Part shown: one piece after another, positions 10,676 to 20,429 of the stretch
Layout: each line of letters opens with the position of its first letter
How positions within the stretch are numbered: the stretch's first letter is position 1
Assembly (NCBI GenBank): GCA_963795855.1
Contig: CAWCIZ010000001.1
Coordinates: forward strand, 128,001-192,000
Reading direction: 5' to 3'
Length of the DNA stretch: 64,000 nucleotides
From: Vulcanimicrobiota bacterium
Lineage (GTDB): Bacteria; Vulcanimicrobiota; Vulcanimicrobiia; Vulcanimicrobiales; Vulcanimicrobiaceae
Notes under the pieces: generated by a model
Database searches by the model: none
The model's input: the letters and a program-made list of their open reading frames with translations, nothing else
Told to the model about the DNA's origin: nothing
Program-made: the position numbers and the translations under genes

Positions 10676-11565
10676 GATGCGGCGAGGAGGTCGCGGAAGC
10701 GTTGCGCCGCGGTGCACCGGTCGTCGCGCTCGAGACTACGATTCTTTCCCACGGCATGCCGCATCCGCAAAACGTCGAGACCGCGCTCGCCGTCGAAGCG
10801 ATCGTTCGCGAAGAAGGCTGCATTCCGGCAACCATTGCCGTCGGCGGCGGCCAGATTCGCATCGGATTGTCGCGCGAAGAAATCGAACTGCTTGCAACGG
10901 CGAAGGACGTGTTGAAAGTCAGCCGCGCCGATTTGCCGTTTGCGCTCGCAACGGGACGAGATGGTGCGACCACCGTGGCGGCGACGATGCTGTGCGCGCA
11001 TCTGGCCGGCATATCGGTTTTTGCGACCGGCGGCGTCGGCGGCGTCCACCGCGGCGTCGAACAAACGATGGACGTTTCCGCCGACGTCGAGGAACTCGCG
11101 CGAACGCCGGTTGCGGTCGTTTGCGCGGGCGCGAAGGCGCTGCTCGACCTTCCGAAGACGCTCGAGGCGTTGGAAACGCGCGGCGTACCGGTGATCGGAT
11201 TTCAAACCGACGAATTCCCCGCCTTCTGGAGCCGGCGCAGCGGGCTTCCCGTGCCGCTTCGGTTCGACGCGCCGGAAGCGATCGCGAAGTTTCTTCAGGT
11301 GAAGCGTGACCTCAGGATGGACAGCGGAACGCTCGTCGCCAATCCGATACCGCGCGCGGATGAGATTCCCGCCGAAGAGATCGGCGGCTACATCGACGAG
11401 GCGGTGCGCGACGCGGCGCGCGCGCGTGTATCGGGTAAAGCGGTGACGCCGTGGCTGCTCGACCGGCTGCTGCACCTCACCGCGGGGCGAAGTTTGGCTG
11501 CGAACGTCGCGCTCGTGAAGAACAACGCGCGCCTCGCGGCGCGCATAGCGCGTTCACCCGTGTAA
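10660..11565 (+). CDS. psuG: pseudouridine-5'-phosphate glycosidase
   Basis: VVALETTILSHGMP, KVSRAD, ATTVAATM, FATGGVGGVHRG, GKAVTPWLL motifs. Confidence 0.95.
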   Translation: MQRHLRCGEEVAEALRRGAPVVALETTILSHGMPHPQNVETALAVEAIVREEGCIPATIAVGGGQIRIGLSREEIELLATAKDVLKVSRADLPFALATGRDGATTVAATMLCAHLAGISVFATGGVGGVHRGVEQTMDVSADVEELARTPVAVVCAGAKALLDLPKTLEALETRGVPVIGFQTDEFPAFWSRRSGLPVPLRFDAPEAIAKFLQVKRDLRMDSGTLVANPIPRADEIPAEEIGGYIDEAVRDAARARVSGKAVTPWLLDRLLHLTAGRSLAANVALVKNNARLAARIARSPV

Positions 11566-11799
11566 CGCGCGCTCGATCGTCGACCAAACCATCGCGCGCG
11601 GAACGAAGACCGGCAGTTCTTCGAGCGTCAGGGTGAGCGTCTTAGCGGCTTCGTCGTACGCGTAGCGGCCCTTCATGCCGTGACTCTCTATCGTTCCGTT
11701 GTCGCCCGGCGGCAACGTGACGAACGCGGCGATCTGCGATCGCAGATTGTCGGCTCGCGCGCGGTCCACGTTCGTGTACGTCTTGCTCTCTTCAGCCAT
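11554..11799 (-). CDS. hypothetical protein (81 aa)
   Basis: overlaps the ROK gene stop; plausible composition. Confidence 0.6.
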   Translation of the reverse strand: MAEESKTYTNVDRARADNLRSQIAAFVTLPPGDNGTIESHGMKGRYAYDEAAKTLTLTLEELPVFVPRAMVWSTIERALHG

Positions 11800-12665
11800 C
11801 GTACGCGCCTTGTTCCCAAAGCATGGCCGCGCCTCGCACGCCGCTGGAATCGCCGTGCGCCGCTTTTACGATGCGCGTGGTAACGGCGTCCGAGAAAACG
11901 TAGCGCGGCAGCAGCTTCGGCACGTTTGCATACAGACGATCCAAGTTCGACAGTCCGCCGCCGAGCACGATCGCGTCGGGATCGAGAATGTTGATGACGC
12001 TTGCGAGCGCGCGAGCCAAGCGATCCTCGTACATGTCGAGCGCGGGATCGTCACCGTGTTCGGTTTTTTCACGCGCGAGCGCGGGGCCGCTCAAAAACGT
12101 TTCGATGCAGCCGCGTTTGCCGCAATAGCACTCCGGACCAGGCAGCTCTGCCGGCGTTGGCCAGGGAAGCGGATCGTGGCCCCACTCGCCGGCGATCCCG
12201 TTCGCGCCTTCGAGTACCCCGCCGCGCACCGCGACGGCACCGCCGACGCCCGTGCCGAGAATGACGCCGAAAGCGACGCGCGCCTGCGCGGCGGCGCCGT
12301 CGCGCGCTTCGGAGAGCAGGAAGCAATTCGCGTCGTTGGCCATGCGAATGGGACGGCCGATCGCACGTGCGAGATCTTCTCGCAGCGGTCTGCCGATCAG
12401 CACGGTACTGTTCGCACCAATCATAACCCCGGTCATTTTTGAAACCGAGCCGGGTGTTCCAATCCCGACCGTCGCCGTTGCGCCGGCAATCGATTCTGCG
12501 CGGCGGACGAGCGAAGCAACGCGTTCGATCGTCGCCGAGTAATCGCCCACCGGAGTCGCCACCCGCTCGCGCAACGAGTTCGGCGCGTCCGGCATCCATC
12601 ACGACGACTTCGATCTTCGTGCCGCCCACGTCCACGCCGATGCGGCGCTTCTCTGTATTACGCAT
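11792..12665 (-). CDS. ROK family sugar kinase (fructokinase-like; frameshift near 12595)
   Basis: IGVDVGGTKIE, NDANCF, GTGVGG, EWGH, CYCGKRGCIE, HGDSSGVRGAA. Confidence 0.9.
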
Positions 12666-12733
12666 TACACTAAAAATTAAGGTGTGGTTTTGCCCCGCGC
12701 GTGGTATAAGGTGATGATTGATTCCGATAGGGA

Positions 12734-13531
12734 TTGGATTTTTTGACGCATTTCCTCGAGTTCCATCGTGCCGACGAGCGGCGCACCGGTGCGAACGCCG
12801 GTCGTTTTCTCGCAGAAGCGCTCAATGCGAACGGCATATGCGTCGCGATCGCTACGCCGCCGAGTGCGAACGCGATCGTCGGCGAGATCGCGCGCCTTGG
12901 GCTGGATCCGGTGCGGCGCATGCAAAGCGGCGAATTCGTGCTGTTCGATAGCACGGAGATGCTTTCGCGTTTCATGCGCGACGACGCTGTCGACGCCGAA
13001 CAGTTCGATCGCACGGTAGGCGCAGCAGTGCGCGCGGCGCACCGTCGCGCGGCCGGTGCTCCGCTGCATGCCTTCGGCGACATGGTCTCGGTGTTATGGG
13101 ATCGCAAGAACCGCGACGGCGCGATAGCGCTCGAACATCTGTGGTGCGCGCTGCAGCGCGAACTCGGCTTTTCGTTATTTTGCACGTACGACATCGACGT
13201 TTTCGGGCCGGACTTTGCCGACGAGTCCATCGAGGGCATTCTCCAAACGCATACCCATATGGTCGCGAGCGCCAATCCCTCGCGGCTTGCGCGAGTGCTG
13301 GAGCGCGCGATGGATGAAGTGCTCGGAGCGGACGCGATCGCGTTTCATGCGGCTCCTGTTGCAAAGAGCGGCGGCTCGCGCGCGGTCATGCCGAAACCGG
13401 AACAGCGCATTCTCTGGCTCAGAAGCAATTTGCCGGAATTTGCGGACGCCATACTCGAACGCGCGCGGCAACTGTACACGGCGGGCGGCGTAGAGCGCGT
13501 TTTTCTGCGTCAAGAACATTCGGCGAAATAG
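12734..13531 (+). CDS. MEDS-domain sensory protein
   Basis: HFLEFH, AFGDMVSVLW, ALEHLW, LFCTYD and THTH pattern typical of MEDS domains. Confidence 0.75.
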   Translation: MDFLTHFLEFHRADERRTGANAGRFLAEALNANGICVAIATPPSANAIVGEIARLGLDPVRRMQSGEFVLFDSTEMLSRFMRDDAVDAEQFDRTVGAAVRAAHRRAAGAPLHAFGDMVSVLWDRKNRDGAIALEHLWCALQRELGFSLFCTYDIDVFGPDFADESIEGILQTHTHMVASANPSRLARVLERAMDEVLGADAIAFHAAPVAKSGGSRAVMPKPEQRILWLRSNLPEFADAILERARQLYTAGGVERVFLRQEHSAK

Positions 13532-13535
13532 ATCT

Positions 13536-13925
13536 TCAGCCCGCGGCGGCTCGCGCGAGCACTTGTCCGGCGTATGCTGCGAAAAGGCCGCCGATAACGC
13601 TCGCGGCGGCGTAGAGCGCTGCTAGTACGGCCGGGCCGTCGCCGACGAGCACCAGCGTATCGAGCGAAAAGGTCGAGAACGTCGTATAGCCGCCAAGGAC
13701 CCCGGTGGCGGCGAAGATTCTTACCATGGGCGTGACGCCGAATGCGCGCGTGGCCGCGAGTTGCGCGACGATGCCAATCAAAAAACTCCCCGTGATGTTG
13801 ATCGTCAGCGTGCCCCATGGAAAACCGGGGCCGAAGCGCTGCAAAAATGCGGAGCCCACGGCATAGCGCAAGATTGCGCCTATCGCACCGCCTATGCCGA
13901 CGGCGAGCAACGCCCTTGCGTCCAT
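13536..13925 (-). CDS. crcB: fluoride efflux channel Fluc/CrcB
   Basis: GGAIGAILRY, FPWGTLTINITGSF, GVLGGYTTFSTF. Confidence 0.95.
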   Translation of the reverse strand: MDARALLAVGIGGAIGAILRYAVGSAFLQRFGPGFPWGTLTINITGSFLIGIVAQLAATRAFGVTPMVRIFAATGVLGGYTTFSTFSLDTLVLVGDGPAVLAALYAAASVIGGLFAAYAGQVLARAAAG

Positions 13926-13927
13926 GC

Positions 13928-14254
13928 CTACGCGCGATCTTTCGAATGGTGCAGCAGCTCGACGGTTTCCAACGTAATGAGGCCCTCGGCGATCATTGCG
14001 CGCAGGATCGGAATGAAATCGAGCACTTTCTCTTCCGTTTCAAGGACTTCGATGAGGACCGGCAGGTTCGTCGAAAAGTCGACGACGCGCGCGGAATGTA
14101 CGGCGTGATCACGTCCGTATCCCTCGATCCCCTTGAGCACCGTCGCGCCCGAAAAACCTGCGTCGCGCAGCGCTTCGACGATCGCAGCGTACAGCGGCTT
14201 CCCTTGCACGCGCTGGTCCTCGCCGACGAATACCCGCAACAACTGCCCGGTCAT
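13928..14254 (-). CDS. DUF190 PII-like protein
   Basis: LLRVFVGE, GATVLKGIEGYG, LPVLIEV; next to crcB. Confidence 0.9.
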   Translation of the reverse strand: MTGQLLRVFVGEDQRVQGKPLYAAIVEALRDAGFSGATVLKGIEGYGRDHAVHSARVVDFSTNLPVLIEVLETEEKVLDFIPILRAMIAEGLITLETVELLHHSKDRA

Positions 14255-14607
14255 TGCGTCTGCGCCCGCGTCTTCGTCAACCGCAGATACTGCGCCGCTT
14301 CGATCGTGATTAAGCCTTCCCTAACCATCGCTCGCAGTTCGGGCAGCAGAGCATCGATGACGCCGGAGTCCTCGACCACTTCGATGACGATGGGCAGGTT
14401 CGCGACCCACGAGAAGATTTTCGCAACGTGCACCTGATGCCGGCTTCCGAAACCTTCGATGCCGCGAAAGACCGTCGCGCCTGCAACTCCGCGTTTTCGC
14501 AAAAACTCGACGACCGCCGTGTACAGCGGCTGCGTTCCCGCGCGGTCCTCTTCGTCGACGAAGATGCGCAGCAGCTTGCCATCGCGGAACCCCGCTCCCG
14601 GTTGCAC
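14251..14607 (-). CDS. DUF190 PII-like protein (second copy)
   Basis: LLRIFVDE, GATVFRGIEGFG, LPIVIEVV. Confidence 0.9.
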   Translation of the reverse strand: MQPGAGFRDGKLLRIFVDEEDRAGTQPLYTAVVEFLRKRGVAGATVFRGIEGFGSRHQVHVAKIFSWVANLPIVIEVVEDSGVIDALLPELRAMVREGLITIEAAQYLRLTKTRAQTQ

Positions 14608-14613
14608 CGGAAG

Positions 14614-14622
14614 AGTATAGCA
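14614..14622 (-). promoter_or_regulatory. extended -10 promoter (TGcTATACT), leaderless start
   Basis: TATACT lies 6 nt upstream of the GTG at 14607; no SD. Confidence 0.55.
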
Positions 14623-14646
14623 TACGCCTCCCGGCGCCCGCCCGCG

Positions 14647-16566
14647 CTAGAAGCCCGAGTCGTGCAGGCGAATGATCTCGGAGACGGCGGCGCGCGGATT
14701 CATGCGGCGTATGCGTGCGGCATACGAGGCGGTGACGCCGTGATTCAGTAACCGCGTGACGTCCTGCCAACAGGTCACCACGACGCCGTTTTCGCGCAGC
14801 GAATCGATGAACGGCGCGCCGACGCCGTGGTCCGCCATGTAGATGAAGTCGTCGGATTCAGGACGGCGGGGTTGGAAATAATTCAGCGCGGCCCGAATGA
14901 GCGACAAACTCACGCCATGGTCCATCATCTGCGCCGTATCGTAGGGCGACACGCCGGTCAAGCCGGTCAGACTGAGCATGCCGATGTAGGAAGGGCCGAC
15001 GCCGCGATCCGCCAGCACCGTGAGATCGTGGGCGGTGACGTGCCCGTAATATGAAGCGGCGGCGAGAATCAGATCGTGGGTTACGCGGTGATCGCGTAGT
15101 GCTATCAACTCACTCGGCGGCACGTGCCGCATACCGGTGGCTTGGAGCGCGTTCACCAAGTCGGTGTTGTTGCTGTCGTTGGCGCCGACGTGCGCTTGCA
15201 TTGCCGACGTCGACGTGGTATCGGTGTCCCGATAGGTGTACGCATAAGCTACCTGTGCCGTCCCGGTGGCGATCGCTTCGTAGCGCGCGCGAGGCGCGAT
15301 CTGCGCGACCATGCGATGCCGCGTCACGGTCTTGCGATGGATTGCGTAGCGAACGGCCACGCGTTTAATGGTCGGCGCGCGATGCAGCGCAGGCGCCGCA
15401 TTACGCGCAACGACGCGCTTATGCGGTGCGGGCGACTTCGAGTGATGCACGTAATGCGTGCGATGCGCGTACTGCATATGATGGAACAGCGCAGTGGGCG
15501 TCACCGTCGCTTCTGCGATGACCGGAACTTGCACGCGCAGCACGACAAGGGACGCGACAAGCAGCGACGTTGCGGCGACGGCCGCGAAACGGCGATTCGT
15601 CGTCATCGAATGGCTCGCGGCGGAGTCGAGCAGCACTTCCAAGCGATGCAGCAAATGCTTGCGTTTGAAGAGCAGATTCGGAACCGGCGCGCCGCGGCCT
15701 TGCGCCCATTGCGCCAAACCGGTAAGCGTCATCGCATAGGAGATGCGATCGCCCGTGGCATTGATTGCCGCGTCGTCGCAGATTTGCTCGCGATAGAGCG
15801 CGAGTTCGCTCAGTGCGATGCGAACTCCGGGAGAGAAGAAGCCGATGGCTCCGATGAAGCGCTGAAAGACGTTTTGCACGTCGTCGAAGCGCCGAACGTG
15901 TTCGCGCTCGTGGAGAACGACGCTGGTGAGTTCCCCCTCCTTGCCGCTCAGCAGCGCATTGGGTAAGACGATCAGCGCGGGCGAAAAACCTAAGACGCAC
16001 GGCGACGAAAAGTCGTCGGACGCGGCGAAACGGAACGGTCGCGAGATCCTGCCGGCGAGCGCGAGCGGCGGATCGATCGGTCGAACTCGGCCGCGCGCGA
16101 CAAGCATGCGAATGATGTCGCGAACGAGCACGGCGACGCGTGCCAGCGCAGCCGCTGACAGTACGAGCAGGATGAGCCACGCATAACGGAAGACGGCGCG
16201 GAGCGCGGCGGAAGTCCACTCTCGTCCCCGCGCGAAAGGACTGGTCGCCGCTGGACCCGGCAGCGGCATATGCGTGAGCGCGATATTCGCCGCAGTTGCC
16301 GCAGGCGGCAGCGCGTGATTCGCGGGCATTGCTTGCAACGCATGAGGCATCGGCGAGACGACGTGCACCACGAACGGTTTGGGTGCAAACGTGTAATTCA
16401 GGACGGGCAGCACGACGACGATCGTGAGCAGCGCACTCCAGACGGTAAACATCGTGGTCGCATTCGGGCGCCTGAAAAAACGGAATGCGAAAAACGCGAG
16501 GGCGCATAAGACGACGCCCTGCCAGGCACCGTTGAACAGTGCCGCGAGAAGAAGGCCGGCGTTCAC
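14647..16566 (-). CDS. BlaR1/M56-family membrane metallopeptidase with C-terminal DHGV-type repeats
   Basis: N-terminal TM segments, HEREH zinc motif, REQICDD; follows blaI-like gene. Confidence 0.85.
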   Translation of the reverse strand: MNAGLLLAALFNGAWQGVVLCALAFFAFRFFRRPNATTMFTVWSALLTIVVVLPVLNYTFAPKPFVVHVVSPMPHALQAMPANHALPPAATAANIALTHMPLPGPAATSPFARGREWTSAALRAVFRYAWLILLVLSAAALARVAVLVRDIIRMLVARGRVRPIDPPLALAGRISRPFRFAASDDFSSPCVLGFSPALIVLPNALLSGKEGELTSVVLHEREHVRRFDDVQNVFQRFIGAIGFFSPGVRIALSELALYREQICDDAAINATGDRISYAMTLTGLAQWAQGRGAPVPNLLFKRKHLLHRLEVLLDSAASHSMTTNRRFAAVAATSLLVASLVVLRVQVPVIAEATVTPTALFHHMQYAHRTHYVHHSKSPAPHKRVVARNAAPALHRAPTIKRVAVRYAIHRKTVTRHRMVAQIAPRARYEAIATGTAQVAYAYTYRDTDTTSTSAMQAHVGANDSNNTDLVNALQATGMRHVPPSELIALRDHRVTHDLILAAASYYGHVTAHDLTVLADRGVGPSYIGMLSLTGLTGVSPYDTAQMMDHGVSLSLIRAALNYFQPRRPESDDFIYMADHGVGAPFIDSLRENGVVVTCWQDVTRLLNHGVTASYAARIRRMNPRAAVSEIIRLHDSGF

Positions 16567-16952
16567 GTCGGGTGCTCCTGTTCCGCGATCAACCTGCGGA
16601 TCCGCGCGAGCTCCTCGGGCGAAACGTCCTCGCTTTGCAGCAAATTCAACGCGAGCGCGCCCGGCGAACCGAAGAAGCGGCGTACGACGTTTTGAACGGC
16701 TTTACGCGAGGCGGTCGCGCGATCGACGATCGGAAAATAGCGGAACGCGCGTCCCTCTTCAGTGTGGCGGACGTAGCCTTTTTGCTCGAGGATACGCAGC
16801 ATGGTCTGCACGGTGTTGAACGCGAGCTGCTTTTGCGATTCGATCGCGGCGAGCACTTCGCTCACGGTGCCGCTTCCCGCGGACCAAAGCACCTCCATAA
16901 GGCGTTGCTCGACCTCGGTCAAACCTTCGGATTTAGGACGTGGCACCGGCAC
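16563..16952 (-). CDS. BlaI/MecI/CopY family repressor
   Basis: LTEVEQRLMEVLW, LAFNTVQTMLRILEQKGYV, GRAFRY. Confidence 0.92.
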   Translation of the reverse strand: MPVPRPKSEGLTEVEQRLMEVLWSAGSGTVSEVLAAIESQKQLAFNTVQTMLRILEQKGYVRHTEEGRAFRYFPIVDRATASRKAVQNVVRRFFGSPGALALNLLQSEDVSPEELARIRRLIAEQEHPT

Positions 16953-16965
16953 CTCCGCGTGCGTA

Positions 16966-17012
16966 ACCTAAAATTTTAGGTGAATCATACACCCGGTCCG
17001 TTAGGCTGTCTA
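16966..17012 (-). promoter_or_regulatory. blaI promoter (TAGACA-N17-TATGAT) with perfect 16-bp palindromic operator ACCTAAAATTTTAGGT (16966-16981)
   Basis: -35 at 17012-17007, -10 at 16989-16984; palindrome covers the expected transcription start. Confidence 0.7.
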
Positions 17013-17155
17013 GTATGCTCGTGAATCGGCATAATTCAGCGGGCGAGCGGCCGTTCGTTCGCGCATCGGTGGGCGTAAATACTCAAGGGCGAGCGTGCGT
17101 TTTCTCCAAAGCTCGCATCCGCGGCACTCTCGTGTGCTTCGCTTAAGGAGACGTT

Positions 17156-17656
17156 ATGAAGTTTCGTTCTTTTCCCGCACTAGCGCTTGTCGTGCTCTGC
17201 GCAATGGCAACCGCGTCGGCGGCATTGCTTCCGGGTTACACGGCAGCCGATCAGAAGATGTTCGACAAACTTTCCGCGCAGGTCGGAACGTGGCATTGCG
17301 TGGATACGCCTGCGAGCAAAAAACCCGACGTCGCGATCACAAAGCTTCAGGGGTCGTACTATGTGACGCGCGAAACCGGCGATTTTCCGAGCACTACGTA
17401 TATGCGCTGGAGTCATACGTTCCAACGCTATCTTGCGAATTCCGTCGCAGACGGCGGCGCGATGAGCGTCATGCAAACGATGTCGAAGGACCCGAACAAC
17501 GCGACGTGGACGTACGCATATCCCACGAGTTTGCCCAAGGGAAACCTGTTCCCGGCCAAGACCTCGATGTCCGGAAACACCACGACGACGACGCAGGCGT
17601 TCCGGGATAACAAAGGCAAGGTAATGATGTCGAAGTCGGTGTGCACGAAACAGTAA
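17156..17656 (+). CDS. secreted hypothetical protein
   Basis: AAGGAG RBS, signal peptide, Cys near each end of the mature chain. Confidence 0.75.
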   Translation: MKFRSFPALALVVLCAMATASAALLPGYTAADQKMFDKLSAQVGTWHCVDTPASKKPDVAITKLQGSYYVTRETGDFPSTTYMRWSHTFQRYLANSVADGGAMSVMQTMSKDPNNATWTYAYPTSLPKGNLFPAKTSMSGNTTTTTQAFRDNKGKVMMSKSVCTKQ

Positions 17657-17677
17657 AACCGCGTTCGGGAGGCGGGC

Positions 17678-18485
17678 ATGGTTTTGTACCACGTACCATC
17701 GCCGCTGCTGCTCGCAGCGGCGATCGTGTTCGGCGTCGCATTGGTGTGCGGCGCGCAACTGGCCATCCATGCACGCTATCGGGCGACGGATTGGGAAGAG
17801 CATAATCAGGTCGGCGGTTTCATCATCGCCATTGCCGGCACGCTCTACGCGGTGGTGCTCGGATTTCTCACCGTCGTCGTGTGGCAACAATACGAATCGG
17901 CCGCCGATCGCGTTTCGACGGAGGCTGCGGCAGTTTCCGACGCGTGGCATTCCGCCGTCGGATTTCCACCTGCTCTGCGTTCGAGGCTGCGCCGCGACAT
18001 GTCAGCGTATGCGAACGATATGGTCCGCAACGAGTGGCCGATGATGCAGGATGGGCGCTTCAGCATTGAAGGCGATCGGCTCATCATGGAAATGACCAGC
18101 CTTTACGGGTACGTACGTGCCCCGAAACGCCGCGCAATCTACCGCGCAAACGGCCACGATGCAATCGCTGGTGCAGCTGCATGACGAGCGCTTACGCCGC
18201 TTAGCCTCGAACGAACCGGCGATGTCGTGGATGGAGTGGGTGATGCTCGCCATCGGCGCGATCGTCGTCGTCGGGTTCTGCATGCTCTTCGGAATGCGAA
18301 ATATTCGGACCCACCTCGTCATGACTTCGGCGGTCGCGGTCCTCATCGTTACGATGATCGTGATGATCTTCGAATTGCAGTGTCCATTCCGCGGCGACAT
18401 GGGTATATCGCCCGCAGCATGGACGGGACTGCTGCAGCACATCCGCTACATGGATACGATGTCCCCGATGAACATGCGGATGTAA
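17678..18485 (+). CDS. DUF4239/bestrophin-like membrane protein (frameshift near 18110)
   Basis: GTLYAVVLGFLTVVVWQQY, EWPMM, R-R motif, PFRGDMGISP. Confidence 0.75.
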
Positions 18486-18559
18486 ATCCGCCGCAAGCAT
18501 GCGCCGTGCTGCCGGCCCGGCGGCCGGCTGAATTCTCTACTTTTGAAAGGAGCTAGTAC

Positions 18560-18883
18560 ATGTTCGACAACCTGAAAAATATGGTGGAGCAAGCCGCCTC
18601 GGGCGCTCTCGATTCGCAAAGCGTTGGCGGGGCGGCGAACGATCATGTGAACTCCATGGACAATAACGAACTGGCCGGACACGTTGAAACGGCCGCAAAC
18701 AATTTGCAGCAGAACGGTCAGAACGATTTAGCGCAGCAAGCGATGGGACTGGTCTCGCAATTGCGGTCGAACCCGAGCGGCGCAAAGGATGCAGTCGTGT
18801 CGTTCATTCAAAATAATCCGCAAGTGTTGCAGCATTTCGCACCGAACTTTGCGCAAGGCATACTCTCGAAGGTGGGGTTGTAA
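18560..18883 (+). CDS. hypothetical Asn/Gln-rich protein (107 aa)
   Basis: AAAGGAG RBS, clean ORF. Confidence 0.7.
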   Translation: MFDNLKNMVEQAASGALDSQSVGGAANDHVNSMDNNELAGHVETAANNLQQNGQNDLAQQAMGLVSQLRSNPSGAKDAVVSFIQNNPQVLQHFAPNFAQGILSKVGL

Positions 18884-18884
18884 C

Positions 18885-19532
18885 ATGATGTATCCTCGAA
18901 CGACGATTCGCGGAACCGCCGCGGTTGCCGCCGCATTGTTTGCTCTCGCGCTCAGCGCGTGCGGACATCGCTCCGACGTGACGACGCGCAGCGCGCAGTC
19001 ACCCGGTGCACCGGGCGGCGGTGGAACGCAAGTCGTTGCCGCCGGCACGGACTACTACGGTAAGTTGGATCACGCGATCGGCACGAAGATCAGCCATGAC
19101 GGCGACACGTTCGCGCTCGCGCAGACCGATACGTTCTTTCATAAAAATCCGGCTCTTCACGGCGCGGTCATCGACGGTCACGTCGAGGACGTCCGCGCAG
19201 CTGGACCGATGCGCAACCCTGCGATGACGCTGGTATTCGACGATATTCGCATGCCTGACGGAACGAAAGCGTCGGCGGACGTACATTTGGTGTCGATGAA
19301 GCAGTTCGAACCGAGGTCGCATCGTCTGCGGACAATCGGTTTGATGATCGGCGGCGCCGTCGCCGGACACGAAGTCGCCAAACGCACCGGCAAGAAGCAC
19401 GGCGGTCTCATCGGCGCGGCCGGCGGCTATGCGCTTTCGCAGACCTTGAAGACCGATATTACGGTTCCGGCGGGGACGGTTATTGAGGTAAAATTCGCAC
19501 AGCCGGCGACGACCAACGCAGGCGGTACGTAG
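18885..19532 (+). CDS. lipoprotein with glycine-zipper-like segment
   Basis: lipobox LSAC; GLMIGGAVAG...GGLIGAAGG; ITVPAGTVIEV. Confidence 0.7.
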   Translation: MMYPRTTIRGTAAVAAALFALALSACGHRSDVTTRSAQSPGAPGGGGTQVVAAGTDYYGKLDHAIGTKISHDGDTFALAQTDTFFHKNPALHGAVIDGHVEDVRAAGPMRNPAMTLVFDDIRMPDGTKASADVHLVSMKQFEPRSHRLRTIGLMIGGAVAGHEVAKRTGKKHGGLIGAAGGYALSQTLKTDITVPAGTVIEVKFAQPATTNAGGT

Positions 19533-19583
19533 CGGCGCAACATCGAACCGTAGCTGACGCAATCGTTTATGGAGGTGCGTTCT

Positions 19584-19829
19584 ATGAGCTGGAAAGGCTA
19601 TGCATTTTGCTTGGTCATGGCGCTGATTGCGGTGGTCTCCGCTTTGCGCCCGGTGTCCGTCGCCCACGCCGCAACGGTTCCGACGTATCATCTGTTGTCT
19701 GCCGACATCAACAACCTCGAAGGCGTGCTCAATGATGCAGCGCAGCACGGCTGGACGTATCGCGGCTCGTTCTGCCGGCCCGAAGGCACGAATGCGCCTT
19801 GCGAAGTGGTTATCGTTTTAGGGAAGTAG
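19584..19829 (+). CDS. small secreted hypothetical protein
   Basis: GGAGG RBS, hydrophobic N-terminus, LNDAAQHGW motif. Confidence 0.6.
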   Translation: MSWKGYAFCLVMALIAVVSALRPVSVAHAATVPTYHLLSADINNLEGVLNDAAQHGWTYRGSFCRPEGTNAPCEVVIVLGK

Positions 19830-20286
19830 GCTGAGCGGCGTGCGGTTTACCTGACGATGAGCGGAAACGCTCGACGCTGCAAGGCGGCGCGGGATCTCCC
19901 GGGTAAGCAAAGACGTACTGCACGTTAGTGATGTCGTGCGTGACAACTGCTGCGCGCGAAAAATATTGCGGTTCCTCGTCCGGCGGCATGATGATTATTT
20001 CTTTGGAAGTCTTTACGATCCGGGATTCTTCGGGGAAGTCTTCGTCGACTCGTCTACCGGGGTCGTGAACGTGAAAGAGATGAATGACGTACGTTCGCGT
20101 GCCGGTCGTACTTGCGACTTCGGTGCAGGAAGGCCCGATGTAGGCGAACCGTCTCCACGCCTCGCTCCCGTGCGCGCTCGCGGCCGTTGGTTTCGGACGA
20201 GTTGAAGATGTTTGCTGATAGTTTCTGCTGGTCTGATTTGGGCAACCGCTTAGGAGAACCACTAGCACTAGAGCCGCGCAACGCAC
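19810..20286 (-). CDS. hypothetical lipoprotein
   Basis: lipobox LSGC after hydrophobic stretch. Confidence 0.55.
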   Translation of the reverse strand: MRCAALVLVVLLSGCPNQTSRNYQQTSSTRPKPTAASAHGSEAWRRFAYIGPSCTEVASTTGTRTYVIHLFHVHDPGRRVDEDFPEESRIVKTSKEIIIMPPDEEPQYFSRAAVVTHDITNVQYVFAYPGDPAPPCSVERFRSSSGKPHAAQPTSLKR

Positions 20287-20429
20287 CTCTCGATGATATC
20301 ACGCAACGGTGACCATAAAATTGAATCGCCCGAGCGGACTCGGGCTCGATTCCTGTACAATCGAGTGACTTGCGCAGGGAGCACGCGTTGACCGAGTGCA
20401 ATAGGAACGTACGTTATGGAGGATCGCAC

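Noticed and set aside
14608..14646. Fluoride riboswitch upstream of DUF190-crcB
   Set aside because: Only 39 nt are available, the conserved GGCGATGG-type motif is absent, and an extended -10 sits 6 nt from the start.
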